A stretch of 36,645 nucleotides of DNA, taken from IMG/VR virus record IMGVR_UViG_3300017909_001161, positions 1 to 36,645 of that record; one strand, 5' to 3'. The notes beneath the pieces were generated by a model. The model did not search any database. It was not told the DNA's origin and saw nothing but the letters and a program-made list of their open reading frames with translations. The DNA is from a virus (lineage: Duplodnaviria; Caudoviricetes). Positions 34,492-36,645 of this stretch are shown in pieces. A program made the position numbers and the translations under genes. Every line of letters begins with the position of its first letter. Positions within the stretch are counted from its first letter, which is position 1.

Positions 34492-34991
34492 TAGATTTTA
34501 TAGAACTCAACAACGGATTCTCCATTTACGCATCGTATTCCTTCGTGGTATGTTCCGTACACAGCAATGGTTATAGGATCTCCCCCGTTGTCCCTAATAA
34601 TAGGAATCCTTGCTTTCGTCTGGCTACTGCCTGTGTTGTCATACAGGGCTGTTTCATCCGCAAAGGTAATCGTACCTCCAGTATTCCAAGAGCCAGCAAC
34701 AATAGGAATTTCTACACTCCAGTTATCGTCATTGTCAGCATCAAAATTTTGTAAAATATCTGAAACGGACACAAACACACCTGTCCCATTTTTAGATATA
34801 AGATATATGGAATTTAGAACACCACCACTACCAGCCATAGGATTTTCGGATGAACGAAAGTCCTCTCCATCGGATGCCGATGACGACAAAATCCCTGGGA
34901 TAGAGATTGCCTCTAAATATAAGTTAGGTAAAGCCTGCTCCGTGGATTGCTCAATTCTCGTAGCTGCTGCATACTGTTTGTCTACATTCAT
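34491..34991 (-). CDS. Hypothetical virion or tail protein
   Basis: ORF track; TAATG coupling. Confidence 0.65.
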   Translation of the reverse strand: MNVDKQYAAATRIEQSTEQALPNLYLEAISIPGILSSSASDGEDFRSSENPMAGSGGVLNSIYLISKNGTGVFVSVSDILQNFDADNDDNWSVEIPIVAGSWNTGGTITFADETALYDNTGSSQTKARIPIIRDNGGDPITIAVYGTYHEGIRCVNGESVVEFYKI

Positions 34992-34999
34992 CCCTAAGA

Positions 35000-35857
35000 T
35001 TAACTGAACTCAACATTTGTTTTAAGATACAACTGAGTACCATCAGACCTTCTTACAAATGGAGTTGTCTGGGATCTATAGATTCCAAGTCTTTTGTACT
35101 CTGCTTCGGAGATGCCATCGGATGTAGTCGCTGTAGTTAACACCCCTGATGCTGTAGCATTGGATATATTTAAGGACTCACCAGTTATTGAAACATTTAG
35201 GCTAGTGGTAGCCTTAAATGTAGTAGCAGTCTCTGTTCCGTTAAACCCAAGAAAGTTTGAAAAACTTTTGTAGTTACCGCTGACCGATGTAGCCCTTGTG
35301 TTGAGATCCTGGACAATCGTAGAATAGGAAATGCCGCACCAATTAACTTGCTTGTACGCTACCTCTGGGTCACTATTAGGACTAGTGGTCAAGGAAACAG
35401 TAACGTCGGCAATTTTCCTAGTAGTTTTGGGTTGAGCTAATGGTTTTGATACAAGTGTTCCAGCAGATCCGTTATCAGTTCCTATGGTTGTTAAGAAAAC
35501 CTTTTCATTGGCAATGATGCCAGGATCAACGACCGCAAAAAACTCCTTGTATTGACTAATAATAAGTGGACTACTTAAATCAGAGGTGTTTGTATTTATT
35601 ACTATTTGTGAGTAAACAGGAGCATCTGAGCCGTCTCGATATGTCTCCGTTGGCTCAAGAAAAATTGCGTTAGCATCAAGTGCCGTGCTTGTCCCTGGTT
35701 TCAGTATTGGATTTACAGAATGAATTGAGGAGGCAGGTAGCCCCTCGCTTTGAATCTGATAGGACTCAAACGTAGTCGTAGGTGTACCAGAACTAGGCTG
35801 TATCGAGATGATGCGACCTGTTCCACGAAACTTGTTTGATTTTTGAGTTATTGACAT
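35000..35857 (-). CDS. Hypothetical virion or tail protein (MSITQKSN...)
   Basis: Track ORF trimmed to ATG 35857 (TAATG); Ser/Thr-rich. Confidence 0.65.
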   Translation of the reverse strand: MSITQKSNKFRGTGRIISIQPSSGTPTTTFESYQIQSEGLPASSIHSVNPILKPGTSTALDANAIFLEPTETYRDGSDAPVYSQIVINTNTSDLSSPLIISQYKEFFAVVDPGIIANEKVFLTTIGTDNGSAGTLVSKPLAQPKTTRKIADVTVSLTTSPNSDPEVAYKQVNWCGISYSTIVQDLNTRATSVSGNYKSFSNFLGFNGTETATTFKATTSLNVSITGESLNISNATASGVLTTATTSDGISEAEYKRLGIYRSQTTPFVRRSDGTQLYLKTNVEFS

Positions 35858-36102
35858 TAGCAGTCCCAAGCCCTACGACTCCAGTAGTTCGCAGATAGTT
35901 TACTGTTAGCTCCCTTGATGCCAGAACTTCTTGAGCAGTAGCTCTTCTTTCTGGCAGGGATGTTTTTCTTGATCTTCATATTGGCATCACCAAATCGGAT
36001 GAGCTTTTCCTTGCCACCCTCGCAGCCCTTCACGACAAACTTCTTCCCGCCTTGGACTTCACGACGTGGCACGTTGCACTTCATCTTTGATTTGTTAGCC
36101 AT
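35857..36102 (-). CDS. Small basic protein (KKFVV...IRFGDANM...RKKSYCSR...SANYWS..W)
   Basis: ORF track; motif recalled from aquatic-phage small proteins. Confidence 0.85.
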   Translation of the reverse strand: MANKSKMKCNVPRREVQGGKKFVVKGCEGGKEKLIRFGDANMKIKKNIPARKKSYCSRSSGIKGANSKLSANYWSRRAWDC

Positions 36103-36335
36103 TACTTTTTCTTCCGTTTTGATTTTGCCTGTTTTTTCTCAGAAGCAAGAGTAACTGCGACTCGACCCTGTGCATCAACAACCTGTCCAGGCGTACTTTT
36201 GTCCATTCCTGAAAGAGCTTTTGCTGCTTTCTTATAAGCAGGAGGTATAACTTTTCGTGCAAAAGATACTACGTTTTTTGCTCTCATTACAGGAAGAAGT
36301 CCTGAGGCAATGGTTGGTCCTGAAGATTCTGGCAT
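36102..36335 (-). CDS. Small basic protein present only in the right-end allele
   Basis: ORF track; absent between the homologous genes at the left end. Confidence 0.65.
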   Translation of the reverse strand: MPESSGPTIASGLLPVMRAKNVVSFARKVIPPAYKKAAKALSGMDKSTPGQVVDAQGRVAVTLASEKKQAKSKRKKK

Positions 36336-36337
36336 AA

Positions 36338-36580
36338 TTACTTTTTCCTTACCTTTGCTTTTGGTGTATTTGCTACAACTGTCTTTCCTCTGGCTCCTTC
36401 TCTCTTTTTCTTTCTTGCTGTCTTAGCTCGTTCAGCTTTTGTAAGGCTAAGTGCCTTACGCTTCGGTAAGCATCGGTCTGGATTTTTCTTATCCTTAGAA
36501 GTTCCACAAGGGCCTTTGATTGATCCATCAGTACCAATCCTTACCCAGTTTTCCTTGAGCCATTGTTTGAGTTGAGCCAT
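36338..36580 (-). CDS. Small basic protein, allele of 57..299
   Basis: 79 of 80 aa identical to 57..299. Confidence 0.9.
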   Translation of the reverse strand: MAQLKQWLKENWVRIGTDGSIKGPCGTSKDKKNPDRCLPKRKALSLTKAERAKTARKKKREGARGKTVVANTPKAKVRKK

Positions 36581-36645
36581 TATTTTCCAACTTTTTTCAT
36601 TGCTTGATTATGGGCTGACGTAAAAGTTTTACCCTCCTTAATGAG
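36580..36645 (-). CDS. 3' part of a small basic protein gene (...LIKEGKTFTSAHNQAMKKVGK), truncated by the window edge
   Basis: Manually translated; stop overlaps the next ATG (TAATG). Confidence 0.6.
   Translation of the reverse strand, partial: LIKEGKTFTSAHNQAMKKVGK

Noticed and set aside
27700-35007. Plus-strand ORFs antisense to the ejection and tail genes
   Set aside because: Antisense shadows with no motifs or translational coupling.

Overview
The window is an apparently near-complete (about 36 kb) tailed dsDNA phage genome, podovirus-like, with no integrase, DNA polymerase, primase or RNA polymerase visible. The minus strand carries the late module in two blocks. From 14.4 kb leftwards: terminase small and large subunits, portal, lysozyme-like gene, scaffold, major capsid, decoration protein, adaptor, a lectin-fold tail protein, holin-like genes and a run of tiny basic proteins. 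From 36.6 to 26.8 kb: more tiny basic proteins, tail-like genes and two large ejection-type proteins. The plus strand (15.9-26.7 kb) carries early and replication genes: small ORFs, PD-(D/E)XK nucleases, a C5 DNA methyltransferase, Endo VII, a GIY-YIG-type protein, ERF, an SSB-like protein and DnaB. The most notable observations are: (1) a 63-nt minimal tmRNA-like RNA (tRNA-like domain with G3-U70, no mRNA-like domain) right after dnaB; (2) a roughly 500-nt highly structured non-coding RNA candidate at the head of the early region; (3) a C5 methyltransferase split over two fully overlapping reading frames; (4) a SAM-dependent methyltransferase domain inside the large ejection protein; (5) two inverted homologous origin-like elements, each with an inward-facing promoter; (6) contig ends that are diverged alleles of one locus rather than identical repeats. 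All calls come from motif recognition and manual base-pairing; no database search was run.
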